From Azolla caroliniana (lineage: Eukaryota > Plantae > Polypodiophyta), in NCBI GenBank assembly GCA_043228905.1, contig JBHGNT010000009.1, forward strand, positions 5,332,001 to 5,396,000: a stretch of 64,000 nt of DNA, in the 5' to 3' direction. The notes under the pieces are model-generated. The model saw nothing but the letters and a program-made list of their open reading frames with translations. It did no database searches and had not been told where the DNA came from. Made by a program: the position numbers and the translations under genes. Positions 1 through 13,408 of the stretch are shown in pieces; positions within the stretch are counted from its first letter, which is position 1, and the number at the start of each line of letters is the position of its first letter.

Positions 1-454
1 AAATTCTAACTTAATTTTATTACTTTCAGTTCATTAAACATGAAAATTTTCTACCACAACATGCTTAAGATGAGCAGAATTTCAATACCTAAAAAACAAA
101 TGTATCAAATATGAGAGGCAAACAAACATAATGTTCCGGATTGGTTGACAGACAAGGTAAGGTGCATGAATAAACAAACCTTTCATCCCAACCCAAACGA
201 CAGTATCATTGGTGTGGCACATGAAGCAATCAACCTTCCAATAGAAACATCAAGGCTATCATTACGGCAAATGGTGCTGTATTTCATTATATTGTGAGCA
301 TTTATAACAAAAGCACTACAATGTGGGTTAAACTTTATCCTATTTAGATCCTGTAATTGGATCCAAAGCAAAAAGAGCTTAATCGTGATCAAACTTGATG
401 CCTCCATGTCAGTTATCATGCAGTATACATTGTCAGTTATCACGTAGTATACTT

Positions 455-3400
455 TCATGCTTCAAAAATTTTGTAAAGTGGTGTCATAAGCTGAATGGTT
501 ATCAGATTCAAGGAAAATGCAGGAATGTCTACATCCATGTTAGTTCGAGCATTTTGAAGAGTTTCCAACTTGGGAACAATCTGAAAGAATAAAAAAAATG
601 CAATATGGTCTTAAAATGCATAAAAATGTATATCACCATTTCAAAGATGCATCAATCCACTTCTATATGATCCTTCAAGTAGTGACCTGAAAATCGAACA
701 GGTGGAAAGGAGAGGTATTATTTTTGCACACCTGTTGCTTTTGGTTAAAGCTGTTCTCATCCATGACACTTTTAGACATTAATCTTGTGATTGTTGCTGC
801 CTCATTGATCTCACCAGAAAGCAATCCATTCATCACAAGATGGATCGTGCTGTTAGATTTTCCAAAATTTACTACCTGAATATTTGATAAAAAGAGTGAT
901 ATTCGTAAGTCTTGGGTGACTGATTTAGAGAGAAAAAAGGTCCTCAATGTTTTAAAACGCTTAAACTAATACCTTAATGTCTAGATATTCTAAATCATTG
1001 CCATCATCATATCTTCTTATGACCGAAGCCATGATGACATTCAATGCGCTTTCTTCCACTGTTATCAAAGATGGAACCAAAGTTGCCCCACTTGAATCTC
1101 TGAAAAACATCTGAATCCAATAGCTTGGTGTGCCATAGCTTTGCCAGGAATCGAAAACAATGGCATCAGGATTCCATCTGTAATACAAAAAATAAGAAAA
1201 TTTGACAATTTTATGTTGCTTATAATATTACAAATTGTAAAGAGATGATATGAGGATATACATACACACACACACACACACACATAATATGCATATGCAT
1301 ATGTACGTGTGTCTGTGTGTATATCTATAGAGAGATAGATATATAGATAACTTTATCACTAGATAGTAAAGCATCAATTTACCTTCTATCATTATTGTTG
1401 ACAAAGAGTGGTGCATAGCTCGCCATTTCAACCACATCACTATCATATAGAAGAATTATATCATCATTTATGACAAGTACAGCATGTCACATAATGATAT
1501 TCACTGAAATGCTCAGGGATATTTGCTATTAATCAGTAACACTTTCACTTTCAAAACAGACATGTCAAAGTTCCCCCTCATTGGTAATCATTCCATCGAC
1601 ACAAGAACTTCGCATTTGGATTTTCTTTTCTCATTTTGTTTTGGGACACTAAATAAATAGGCATGGATGTTGAACTCTATGGATTACAATAGCAAAACCA
1701 CATCTGATGAAAGTTTTTGTAAGAATCAAACAGAATTACATAAAAGAAAAGAAAATAGAGCCATGCATATTTGAGTAGAAGTGAGACTTCAACTGTATAA
1801 TGCATAGCATATATAAAAAGATTTAGAATGTGGATCATGAATGCCCAAGAGCAAATGTACATCACAGAAAACCAAAAACCCAAGCTTCTACTCTTCCATG
1901 GTAATGTGATAAGGCAGAAAGACAAGTTGACAGATTGATACTAAGATTACAACAAAATTAAATTAAAGATAATCTCAGAAGAAATGTAAAAATAAACAAA
2001 AGAAAATATGCAAAAAAATTTAACATATACATGACATGCAATGCCATCGTCCACCATTAGACTATTGATTAGTAACCATTAGACTATTGATTAGTATTAA
2101 GCTTACAACAATAGGTGAAAACAAAACCACCCTATTAATCAGTTTATATTTAAATCACCTGTTCTTTTCTATGCCAATCAAGAAGTTGGCTTCAGCCAGA
2201 GCCGCATATAGACTTCCTTTCCCTGCATCTCGACCAGTTACTGCATACTCACTCACAAAAACCTGTAAATATGGTCCTAATATGAGAAAGATCATATGAA
2301 GAGAAAAAAAAAGAAAATATCCATTACTACACATATTAAAACCTTTGGACCAATTCTGGATGTTTTATCAAATTGATGACCCATTGCAAATAGTTGGTTA
2401 GCAGAAGCATAAACCTGGCACACAAAAAAAACAGCTAATAATAATGATACTGAGGCTATAGCTTTTATGATCATGACATAATAGTGACAATGTGGATGAC
2501 AGAGAATAAGAACCATACATGAAAATCATATATATCTGCTGGATGATCCAATGGTTTTGACGATCCATCACAATTAGAAATGATTGAAATGTCAGGATAC
2601 ATCAATTTGATTGCTTCATAGAACTTCATATAGTTTCCTGGTATTACCCAGACCACAATTCCCAATGAAAAGGTTTGTCCTCAATAGTAGGCTTGCACAT
2701 ATGTAAAAGTTCCCTTCAATAATAATACTAACCCAAATAATATTGTTTTCCACAATCTTCATTTCCAATGGCAACATAATTCAGTGAAAATGGTTCAGGA
2801 TGTCCCATTGAAGAACGGATAGAGCCCCATGTTGAATTTGCAGAACCCCTTGCAAATTCAATACCATTTAAAACATCCTGCAGATGATGAAAATATTTAT
2901 GTGTGTAATTCATAGACTTTCCTCGTATTTTTACAATATCATTTATTTGTAATTAAATCAACCAGAAGATAAATACCTCTACAAAAGGCTGAATCAATGT
3001 TGATTCTACTTCATCGGTATGACTAATCCCTGAAAAGTAAAGGTGCTAAAATTTTGGTAACTTTAAATAGCAATGGCTAATATATATGTTTAACTTATTA
3101 GATACTAAAAAGCTCCAATATATCAATGAGTAGAGTCTAAACGCAATACAAAAAAACAGCATACATAAAGAGATAACCAAGATTCATCTCATCTGTCACC
3201 ATTCATGTGAAAATTTTCAGATTTTTATCACAGGTGATGTATGTGACATCAAAATCAAAATCATTATTTGACTGTAACTGCATGATCAATGAGAACCTCC
3301 CATACAAATTAGTAATTATCCCAAGAGGCCAAGATCACTCGTGGTGGTTATGTTCAATCATAAAGAGTTTAAATTATTTACCTCTGCAAGAACAAGACCT

Positions 3401-6400
3401 TATAATCAATATAGAGTCATTGTTTAGTCTCTAAATTGCTAACCATTATTGAAGACCCAAATAGGTTCAGCATTCATGTCTTCAGCTAGCTGTCATATAA
3501 ATCAATCAAAGAGTTTCAAAGAAAATATTTAGGATATGTGAAATGAAGAAGTTAGCTTAGAATTTGGGTGAATTATACCTGCAAGAATTCAAAATAACCG
3601 AGTCCATCATCTGTCCAATAGTCCCAAACATCCCCAAAGTGCCCTGGTCTCTCTTGCCAAGGACCGATAGATTGGCGCCAACGAAATGCATTCCTCAACC
3701 ATTGACCTTCTACAAAACAACCACCTACCCAAAACAAAGTAGATACATGAAATCACATAATTCACTCTCTATAAATCAATTACATTCCAAAAATAATATG
3801 GATACCATAAAATCACATAATTCACTCATGAATCGATTACATGTCAACCACTCTACATGTGATCACAACATTCCTCACATCAAGACAATGTAGATACCAT
3901 AAAGTCATATCATTCACTTTCTATGAATTGATGGCATATCAAAACAATGCCGATACCATGCATTGCACCTTTCATACAAGATTGCCCCTTCAATTGTTGT
4001 TCACATAGAGCCTTCCTTCACTTACATTAGCGAAATTCGTTTTCGTCTGAATATTTCCTAACACGATCGAGGCTTATGCCCAAAGCTACAAGACCCTCCC
4101 CACCCCCCCTTTTTCGGTAAGGCCTCGCATTTGACCTGATGGCTGGGTTTTGTACTGTGAAACTGTGAATGGCTCATTAAATCTGTTATAGTTTCTTTAA
4201 TGGTACCTTGCCGTGGGGATAACCTTTATTCTAGAGCTGATATACATACCGAATTCCAAACAATTTGTATCATGAAACAGAGAATGACTCATTATATCAG
4301 ATATATTCTCTTTGATGGTACTTTGCTGGTCAGATAACCATAGCTATTCTAGCGCTAATATGGGCACCAACTTCCAAAAGGCAAATACCTTCTAGAATCA
4401 CATGGTAAATCACATAACTCAGTCTCTATGAATCAATTAGGTCTCTATTTTTAATAATGAGAATACATATTTACATATTCAACATTGACGTAGGAATTAG
4501 AAAAAGTAACTTAGTGAAGAAACCTGGAAATCGGATAAACTTGGGCTTCAGATTCTCTATCATAAGGGCAAGATCCTTCCTGAAGCCATGCCCCTACAAT
4601 GTATATCACATTGAAAAAGAAAACACAATACAATCAATAAACACACATAACATGTTTACTTCATAAATTCTTCCAGGATCACTATACACTATACCCACGT
4701 AACAAGTTCGCTTTATAAATTCTTACATGATCACATTAAACACGCGTGGCATGTTTACTTGAGAAATTCTTACACGATCATAAACACGCATCACAGGTTA
4801 AGTTCTTATGTTTTTTCAAATTTCTTTGGGCTTGAATGTTTATGCTAACCTTGTAAGTATCAGACGGCATCACAGAGACTTGGTCTATCCAAAAGACGCC
4901 TTTTTGTGTTGAAGTCAGTGACAATCTCCCATAGTGATCGGTATCAGTTGGAGTTAAATGAAACTCTTGTTTGCTCCAGTTTTGTGTAGAATTTAACAAT
5001 CTCAGCCTGCAGAAATGAACTGACTGTTTTATTCTTTACTTCAGTAAAAATATTCTTTAGACAATTTTGGCATACTAGGTAGGTTTCAGATTCATCATCA
5101 ACATACCCAATGTTTTTTTGGGCTAATAATCTTTTCCCATCCGAGGAAGTGAAAGCAATGGAGATATCCATGTCCTTTGTGCTGTGCGCCCAGAATACAA
5201 CTTTGTAGTCGGAACCAGATACAAAATTCTGCACAAAAAAAATAACAACAAAAGAATATCTAAATTTGTTTGGGAGAGATGTTGGTACGGCCAACTGCTT
5301 TCACAAAATGGATCTCATTGTTCACAAACAAAAAGTTTATTTAACTTATCATATCAAGGAAGGAATACAAGCTAAAAGTGCTTGACAGCATTCATGTTAA
5401 CACATAAGATCAAAGGTAGAAGTTCATTATTCTGATACATAAGTACTATGTTGCCCAAAAACATTATGATAATAATGCAAAAGAAGAAAGAAAGCCATCT
5501 GTAAAATAACCATTCATGTTAGTCTAAGTTCATCAAGTTATACATCCATAGAACATTATATTTATGCTAAAAATAAAGAAATAAATTCCTGCATACATGC
5601 ATATCTATGCACATACCATTCCCCAGTAACCTGGATTGTATACCCCAACTCCATTTTGGGTGAGTATATCATCCAATATTTCTATGCGAAGAGCAATTGG
5701 GTTCCGCTCAAAAATTGAAGACCTTTCAGTTTTGAGACGAACCAAATTTTCATCTCCAATTGCCGACCAAGGAGCAATATTTGATGGAGTACTCTGCCCG
5801 CCAGCTTCAAAACCTGTTCCGCATATATGCGTATATAAGAATGAACATACATGCATGCATCCAATACGTACATACAATACAATACACACATATACATAAC
5901 AACAACATACAACACAATACACACATATACATAACAACATACATACAACACAATACACACATATACATAACAACATACATACAACACAATACACACATGC
6001 ATATAACACACATATATACATAATACAATACACACATACACATATCACACATATATACATAATACAATACAATACACTGGTACACATTCACGTACAAAAA
6101 CATACATATATCAAAGTTGGTTTCATCAGAACTTTCAGACCCTTTTGAAAAACCTATAGCTGGATATTACAAACCTCTGTTGGCAACAAGTTCGGCCCAT
6201 AATCCGCCAGCACCAGCATGATTAATCTCCTGAGTAAATCAGCATAACCAATTTAAGGCAAACCAAACTTTTTTGAAATTGAAATGAAAATAATTGAACA
6301 TTTGAAGACAAAACAGAGTACTTTAAAAAACCACAACAAAATAGGAGAAGTAAAAACGTAGTTATAATAATTATAGCAAACTATTTAAAAAAAACAAAAG

Positions 6401-6604
6401 AATGAAAGAGACGAGATTGTATGCTCATCTCACCTCAAAGAAAATCCCAAAGAGATTGGAAGGGAGAGTATGGCCACGCTCTGATACATCAAAAGTGAGG
6501 TTATATTGGGCATATGAAGAATCATGAGACAAGATCAAGAAGATGAGTGAAAAGAGTAGTAAAATTGCATGCCAAAGAGTCTTTAATGATATAAACCCAG
6601 TCAT
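455..6604 (-). CDS. ASD1: Alpha-L-arabinofuranosidase (GH51, ASD1/ARAF1-like), 17 exons, with signal peptide
   Basis: Exons traced with GT-AG boundaries: 6604-6434, 6229-6175, 5813-5617, 5228-5107, 5006-4850, 4593-4524, 3724-3579, 3489-3444, 3029-2977, 2877-2733, 2637-2519, 2414-2343, 2262-2159, 1439-1383, 1177-973, 875-732, 580-455 (TGA). Peptides LFGIFFEEINHAGAGGLWAELV, FIRFPGGCFVEG, VAIGNEDC, FVSEYAV and MASYAPLFVN are diagnostic of plant GH51. The N-terminus MTGFISLKTLWHAILLLFSLIFL is hydrophobic. Confidence 0.93.
4149..4376 (+). pseudogene. Two tandem degenerate fragments of the 18S rRNA 5' domain in intron 6 of the arabinofuranosidase gene
   Basis: TGTACTGTGAAACTGTGAATGGCTCATTAAATCTGTTATAGTTTCTTTAATGGTACC...GGATAACC...TTCTAGAGCT follows the conserved 18S segment TACTGTGAAACTGCGAATGGCTCATTAAATCAGTTATAG...GGATAACCGTAGTAATTCTAGAGCTAATAC. 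A second, more diverged copy lies at about 4258-4376. Confidence 0.85.
5868..6110. repeat. Compound (CA/CATA/CAATA) low-complexity tandem repeat in intron 2
   Basis: Repeated CAACACAATACACACATATACATAACAACATA units, which generate the spurious C/V/Y/M-rich ORFs. Confidence 0.85.
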
Positions 6605-8321
6605 TTTTTTATGAAAGGGGTTGGAATTAAGAGAAGGATGGAAATTGGAATATATACAGTATGTATATCAAGATTTGTATCCCCCACACGAGAGTTGGGT
6701 GGGCCAACAAAAAAAAAACATGTCAAACTCATGAGTGAGTCATGACTTAATTCTTCTCCAGTGAACTTCAAGTTTAAACCTTATGATATCATATGATTAC
6801 TGACATATGTATATGTATATGTATCAATGTATATTATGTATACATGTATGAGCATTCACAAAACATTATGCATCTAACTTTAGAAACTTGTAGTGAAAGC
6901 AATTAAAAGCTTTTTGCTAACAAGCATGAGTATGACAGGATAGTTTGACACCCAAAATGGTGAAGTAAATGACAAAGTGTGGCCAATATTCAGGGAACTA
7001 TGAGTTAATTTGAAGTATAATAGGCAAATTTTAAAACCAAGGATTGAATGGCAAATAAAGATTTGTAAATCTTTATAAGAAAGAGGTTGAAAGATTAGTT
7101 TCAATGACAACAAAGATGTTGTGTGTATAATGAATCTATGCCAGATAAATCATGGCATTTCAAAGGAACAAATCACCTCATTCTGTTCTTTATTTTTATG
7201 GGAAAATTTGTATTGATATCACAAACAACCATGTAAATATAGCATGCCTCCTAAACCATGGCATTGAGAAGGAGAAGAAAAACTCATTTGACAATGATTT
7301 CATTTTATAGGATTAATGAGACAAATAACCTATATGAATATATGTGACCCTAACCATGGTACAAACATGGTAGCTTGCACTCACAAGTCACAACTTGAAG
7401 ATATTTATTCCTTGGCCAAATGTTTATATTAAAAGATGTACATTTAATTTGAATTTTATGGTTTCTACAAGCATTGCAACCTTAATAATCTCTTTCAATG
7501 ATGTTTCAACAATGAGTGAACATAGTGGATGTGTTGATCTATTTAGTCTTTCCTTCACAACAAAGTTTGTCGAGTAATTGAATGCTATAATGTGTCATAT
7601 AAATATGATGGTAATGATTTGTTTTGCATTTTTTTGGAAGAGAGTGAATGAATGTAATAGACCAAAAGAAGGATCAATGGAGAGCTTCATTGTTTCTATC
7701 ACAAACAATAGAGAGCATGTAGATATAAATGATTGTTTGATCTGGTGTGAAGCCACAAATAACTTTAAATCGCCCAAATTAATTACAAATGTATGTACGG
7801 CACACAAAGAAAGATGGTTCATTTTGTTTCAAATAAATGATAAATACATAAACCAATTGTCACGTTTCTTGAAGTTCTCGTATGAACTGTTCTGAGCCAA
7901 CACACACATATTTCATCTCCACAATAGCTACACGTTAGCATTCTTTCTTTGTATCATTGAAATGCTTGAAGGCCCTTCATTTTCAATTTCCCGTGTCCTT
8001 GTTATGCACACATAACGTAAATGAGGGTAGGTCACTAATATTTATAAACAAAAAAATGAATGGCATGTTCGCTAATGTTAGATAGGGGCTATAGAATGCT
8101 AGGTCTATTGATTAGTAATATATTATTACCAATCCCAGACCATGAGTTCAACTACATAATGCCACCATGAGAGGATAGAAACTGACATTATGAGATCCTT
8201 GCTTCTCACTCACATATCTAGCTAATTTGCTATACACAGTCATGAAACAAAGAGAAACTATATGTATCCAACTTCCACACTACCACAATCAACCTCGTGC
8301 ATTGGAGTCCCAATCTTAGCT

Positions 8322-8555
8322 TATATGGTACAAGGACAACTTCCTACGTTTTCCTCCAACCCACAATTTTAGTCTAACCTAGGATACATGGTTTTGGCCT
8401 TATTGGATTAGTCTACTACATCAAAAACTCCTGATGAGCATATATGGTACAAGGACAACTTCCTACGTTTTCCTCCAACCCACACATTTTAGTCTAACCT
8501 AAGATACATGGTTTTGGCCTTATTGGATTAGTCTACTACATCAAAAACTCATGAT
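8322..8555. repeat. Direct tandem duplication, about 119 bp x2
   Basis: TATATGGTACAAGGACAACTTCCTACG...TACATCAAAAACTC occurs at about 8322 and about 8441, nearly identical. Confidence 0.9.
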
Positions 8556-9004
8556 GGCTTAATTGTCTTTACTCATATATCTACTCCCACACCCTAGTAT
8601 CCTCATCTCTAGTTAGTCTAATGTCAAAATGCAAAGAGTTTGTTTTGCATTGTGCGAGCTAAGTTACTAGAGAAATTTAAGTTGCAATATGTAGGTAAAT
8701 ACATTAGAATTTCTACAACTCAAAGGTATGTAATGCTTACTTATTTGTTAGAAATTGTTTAGTTTTGAATTCACTTTGCATTGTTTCCTTTCACTATGAA
8801 ATAAATCTTTTTTTTTTCCAAAACAAAATATTCTTCCATTAGTTTTAAAAAAGTCATAATAGCTCCAATATACACAATGTTTTTTCCCAACCCGTCTTGT
8901 GTAAGACAATGGCCGAGGAAACAAATCTATGTACTTCAAAGTAGAGGAAAACAGTCAACTAATTTGCAAGCTATTCCATAGACACATTTCAAGCTATTAA
9001 ATAG

Positions 9005-9270
9005 ACAACAACAAAAGTAGTTGCATCCGGAGACAAGCCCTCGCAGCTCATCGATTGGAACCATTACAATGCTTTTTCAGCATGCTATATGCACCACTGC
9101 AATTCCAATCAATCTACCTTTACACAAAAAAAAACGAATGCTACCACAATCTTTCAAGGTAGAGAACAATGTATTCCATGCCTCTACATCTTGGTTTTGA
9201 AGCCGATCAAATACATTGTGTGCTTCTTCAAGACAACCACATTTCCCTACATGTCTGTAAACACAAAAAG
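9005..9270 (-). pseudogene. PLS-class pentatricopeptide repeat (PPR) gene fragment
   Basis: Minus-strand translation gives DM(Y)GKCGCLEEAHNVFDRLQNQDVEAWNTL (1-nt frameshift), followed by AEKAL*WFQSMSCEGLSPDATTFV. Confidence 0.75.
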
Positions 9271-9542
9271 AATGCTTCCTCTTTCCACATCAACCATCGT
9301 GCCGGTTACCACCAAATTCTTGCCCATACAACAACAAAATAAGTCAATTTTCCTCCTCTCCTCATGAGACTATGCTTCGGCCCCCACACCATCATCACTC
9401 ATCCTTATCAAAACATAAATTTTGCTTCATTAAGTCCACATCAACCATCTCGCCGATTAACGCCAAAATCCTATTTCATTATGAAATAATTATGTTTCCT
9501 TATGACTAACTTAAGAATGCATGATCTATAATTTTAGTAATT

Positions 9543-10000
9543 CTAATCAATCAAGGAAATACATACACATACGCAAGATGTTAAATTATAAAGAGTAGTG
9601 CATTCATATATTGTTATGAACACAAATTGATAGCAAGGATACATACTGCCATCATATGTCCATTCCATTTGTTGTGGCCATTGGTGTATAGTACACCACC
9701 ATTTTTTGAAATTCGGCCTCATTAATTCTGAAGCATCATCAATACCATCAATCCGCTCATATTGAGCTCTCAGTGTAGTTATTAGTGTGTGCCATATTAG
9801 CTTAATCGATTCAGCTGGAGGGCGGTTGTTTGCTGAAAATACCTCGGTACACCATGTTGTCCATATGCACCATATGGTAATGGGTGTAAGCAGCGTCCAT
9901 AAATCTCCAAGTTTTTGCTTCTGCACAATAACTGTAGGTACCTTGTTGTCAATGATTAGCCGAACAGTTGCATTCTCCCCTCTAAACCCAGTTACATAGA
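9543..10000 (-). mobile_element. 3' fragment of an L1-type LINE ORF2 (region after zf-RVT)
   Basis: LWTLLTPITIWCIWTTWCTEVFS matches the W-x-IW-xx-RN-xx-VF motif at the C-terminus of plant L1 ORF2. Confidence 0.65.
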
Positions 10001-13000
10001 TTTACATGTGCTATCGTAGTTCGCTACATCATCCTCAAGATAGTTCTAAGTACCCAAATGGTTGTTCCCCCCTCCCATTAGTTGAAAGAGGGGCATGAAC
10101 GAGATATCATGTGGGATATTGAATGCAGGTGATGTGTAGCGGAGGATGGCTAGAGACACATGTGAAAGTGTAAGATAAATAAGGGAGATCACTTATGAAG
10201 GATTGGATAGTCTAGGCAAGGCCTACCCGAGAAAGGGATTGAAGTTGTGTATCTATTTTAACTAATGGAGTATATTCTTTTTTGGAAAAATTGATAACAA
10301 GGATAGTGTAATGCAAGTTGTCTCTTCGAAAATTGACTAGCTTAATATCTACACCATGAAGATTTATCAAATTATCAATGAATGAACTAGAGATGGTCAA
10401 GAAATCAATCCTTTACCTTTACATCAACAATATTTGGATGTATATACATGTGTAAAAGCACATGTTTGCACTATTATATAATGTGCATATTCTTCGAGAA
10501 AATGTAGTTATCATAAGTTGAATAGATATAACACACTCCCTTATCAAATAATTACCCTTAAATTCAACGAAGACAATAGATAATAGTTTAGTGGCTTTGG
10601 AGCTTGGTAAGTTAACTCAGAACATGAAATATTATCCAGCATACTAACACACTCTTCTCGACAACAAACAATTCCAATGTTATTTTGTAGGGTACAAATA
10701 GTTCACATATTCAAAGAGATTAATTGTTATGGTCATAAAGTCACACGAGAACTATGCATATTGTGTTGAGGCCATTGGTGGAATGGACCTTAAAAATCTC
10801 CAAACAATCAATTGAGCCCACTCTTTGGCATCTCTTTATATCCTCCTATAATAATGTAGTAAGATGGATTCTTCTACCCATGATGTATGTGAACCCGAGA
10901 GCTAGGGCCAAGCATGCATATAAACCTCATAGCTATGCGCATGATATGTTGGTTTTTTCCTTGGCTAGTGGAAGATCAAAATGTTTTGAACAATATTGAC
11001 AAATAAGTACACAATGAAGAATTGCAATATTTCTCTATTGAAAAATTAAAAGTCTATTAATGACTCCAATAACTTATGTTCGATGAAGTTTACATGTATG
11101 GGCAAGATGATGAAAATGAAGTTATGAGTTCGAGATATGTATTGTGTGAAATATCCTATCTATTTGACTGTACAAAATAATAGGGACACCCCTCAATGAT
11201 TTCCCACTTTATTAGCTCTCCTCTGAGCAATTCCCTTAGGAATTTGAACTTATTCTCTTCTTTTACAGCTTTTGCATTCGCACAAAAGTAAACATAAAAT
11301 CAACTTTCCCAAAATGTATGTTCCGCATATTCTTTACATGAAAAAAACTTTTGCTATGTGGTCACAATGCTTTATCGTGACCCCAATTTTTATGTTTGTC
11401 TATATGGCAAATGAAATGGGATAATGATCTACAAGTTTGTAATCCAAGTAAGATCCAATCAACCCATCTCGGCATCCAAATTGCAACAAATATTTGAATC
11501 TAAGTAGAAAAAAGAGTGAAAAAATACTTGACATTTCAAAATGCAAAAGACGGTGCGGTGGCTATTAATTAAATATAGAAAGAGTTTCTTTTGTTTTAGT
11601 TGTCTTCAAAGAGAGATGCTCTTAGTTTTTGAGATATCTTTATTCTATTTTTCACTGGACATGATAGCAATATAACACCTAAATAGTTGGGCTAAATCTG
11701 TAATTAAATGTTACCTAATCAAAGGGAGTTCAATGCACTCTCTTTACAACTACCCACCTACTGACACAGGTTGAATCTTCTTTTTTGAGTAGGACGCAAA
11801 CTACTCTCTTTCATGTTAAAACTTAAGACTAATCAAACATGATATTAGGTGCTAGACCTAAGCATTTGCTTTATACGTCATATGATATATTCTAGATGTC
11901 CCCATGACTTACTGCTCATATATACACACTTTTTGAAATAATAAAATTCAAATATAAACATGATGGTATAGTTGTATGTCTAAGTCTTGATCGTTTACAT
12001 TATGTATTAAAGCTCATGGTCCTTATAGTTAAGAAACTAGCTTGTCACAATTCTAGTTTGGGATCCTGCATGCTAACAATTTGCAGCAAAACACTCGCAA
12101 TAACAATTGTTCCAAAACAGATGGATTAAAAACTAATAACGTTGCCTTTGAATGGAACCACCAACAAAACTCATGAGCAGCAAATTTGAGCTTGAATAAT
12201 AGGTGAGAGACACATGTACTCTCCTCCTTGTCACACAAAAAGGGATATGATGCACACTTATGTCTATGTCATGAACAATCTAACCTATCAAGTGAAGATG
12301 ATAAAAATGTCGGTATATCACCATGCTATTGTATGGCATTATATTGTTGTGCCCATGGGCCTTGCATGAAGCATCCTACATTCTTGCCACTAAATGATAG
12401 CCAACCTTGGTATCAAGTCACCATAATCTGTCCTCCACAAGGAATTATCTAGGCACGACTAAAACAAATTGGTTTATGAGAATAACCTCACACAATTGCC
12501 AAAACTCACTAACAATCCGATTGATCGTAGAGTAGAGGATAAGTAGATTGAGCAACCATCCTATAATTGACCCTCTTATGTAGTTGTGTCAGGTATTGCA
12601 TGCAACATCAACCCTACTCACCCCTAAGTCCAAGATGCAATATTGTCATCTTTTCTCCTATTTTAGACGCTATCGAGACACCATGACCAAATCAAATCAT
12701 GCCACATTAGCACTTACCACAATTTATTCAATGTCTTCATGAATTAGTCATTGTTAGTATGGCAATCTTGTGATGCGTAAGTGCTTTCACAAACTTTTTA
12801 TACTATCATAAATATATATGTACACACACAAATGCATACATATGCATGCACACACGTACACGTTGATGGGTGGAAATTGTTTGGCTTATCACATAATACA
12901 TATATAATAGGATTTCGACCTTAGGGGCATGGGCCATCTAACTTTGTAGTCATGCACATGCAAAATCAATTTGTCAACATTTGGTGCAAGAAACTAATTA

Positions 13001-13193
13001 TTTAGAAACTCTACCTTAACCTTTAATCAACTTTTTCTAGTCCATCGATAGTGTTAATTTGACTTCTATGTTGACATGTCCAACATCTTGCATGACAAAA
13101 GTTAAATATTCTTAGGTGTTAGGTAGTAGATGAACACTTCAACTTCCAAGAACTAGGTTGTTTAAACACACCTTAAAGTTACAAGAGAATCAT

Positions 13194-13408
13194 GCTTGCC
13201 TCACTTCTCTAGTTGTTGAAAATGAAATTAGTGAAATATAAGCATATCTCACATGCATTCACATTATCGGTCACGAATGAAAATAAACATGAGTCCAATA
13301 TTGCTTGCCTCATTTCTCTAGTTGTTGAAAATGAAATTAGTGAAATATAAGAATATCACGCGTCCACATTATTAGCCGCGAATGAAAATGGACATGAGTC
13401 CAATATTA
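13194..13408. repeat. Direct tandem duplication, about 109 bp x2
   Basis: GCTTGCCTCA..CTAGTTGTTGAAAATGAAATTAGTGAAATATAAG...CATGAGTCCAATATT is repeated. Confidence 0.85.

Larger units (their letters stand above)
8630..11050 (-). pseudogene. Heavily decayed RecQ-like helicase relic, interrupted by PPR and LINE fragments (about 9000-10020)
   Basis: Minus-strand frame pieces fall in RecQ order: LYACLALALG..IHLTTLL*EDIKRCQRVG (motif I/Ia region, ~10900), EEYAHYI..FTHVY (DEAH-like, ~10480), DFLTISS (motif III-like), VNFRRDNLHY (FNRPNL-like, ~10320), LVHAPLS (YHAGLS-like, ~10095) and TRRVGKKHCVYWSYYDF (motif VI region, ~8880). Many stops and frameshifts. Confidence 0.5.

Noticed and set aside
5682-6103. 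Cys/Val/Tyr-rich ORFs resembling metallothionein-like peptides
   Set aside because: They are products of the intronic low-complexity repeat.
7990-8042. Possible Helitron 3' end (GGGTAGGTCACTAAT)
   Set aside because: There is no intact hairpin or CTRR terminus; too degenerate to support.
8102-8120. 19-nt match (GGTCTATTGATTAGTAATA) to the end of the element F LTR as a solo LTR
   Set aside because: The similarity does not extend on either side, and no TG...CA termini or TSD were found.
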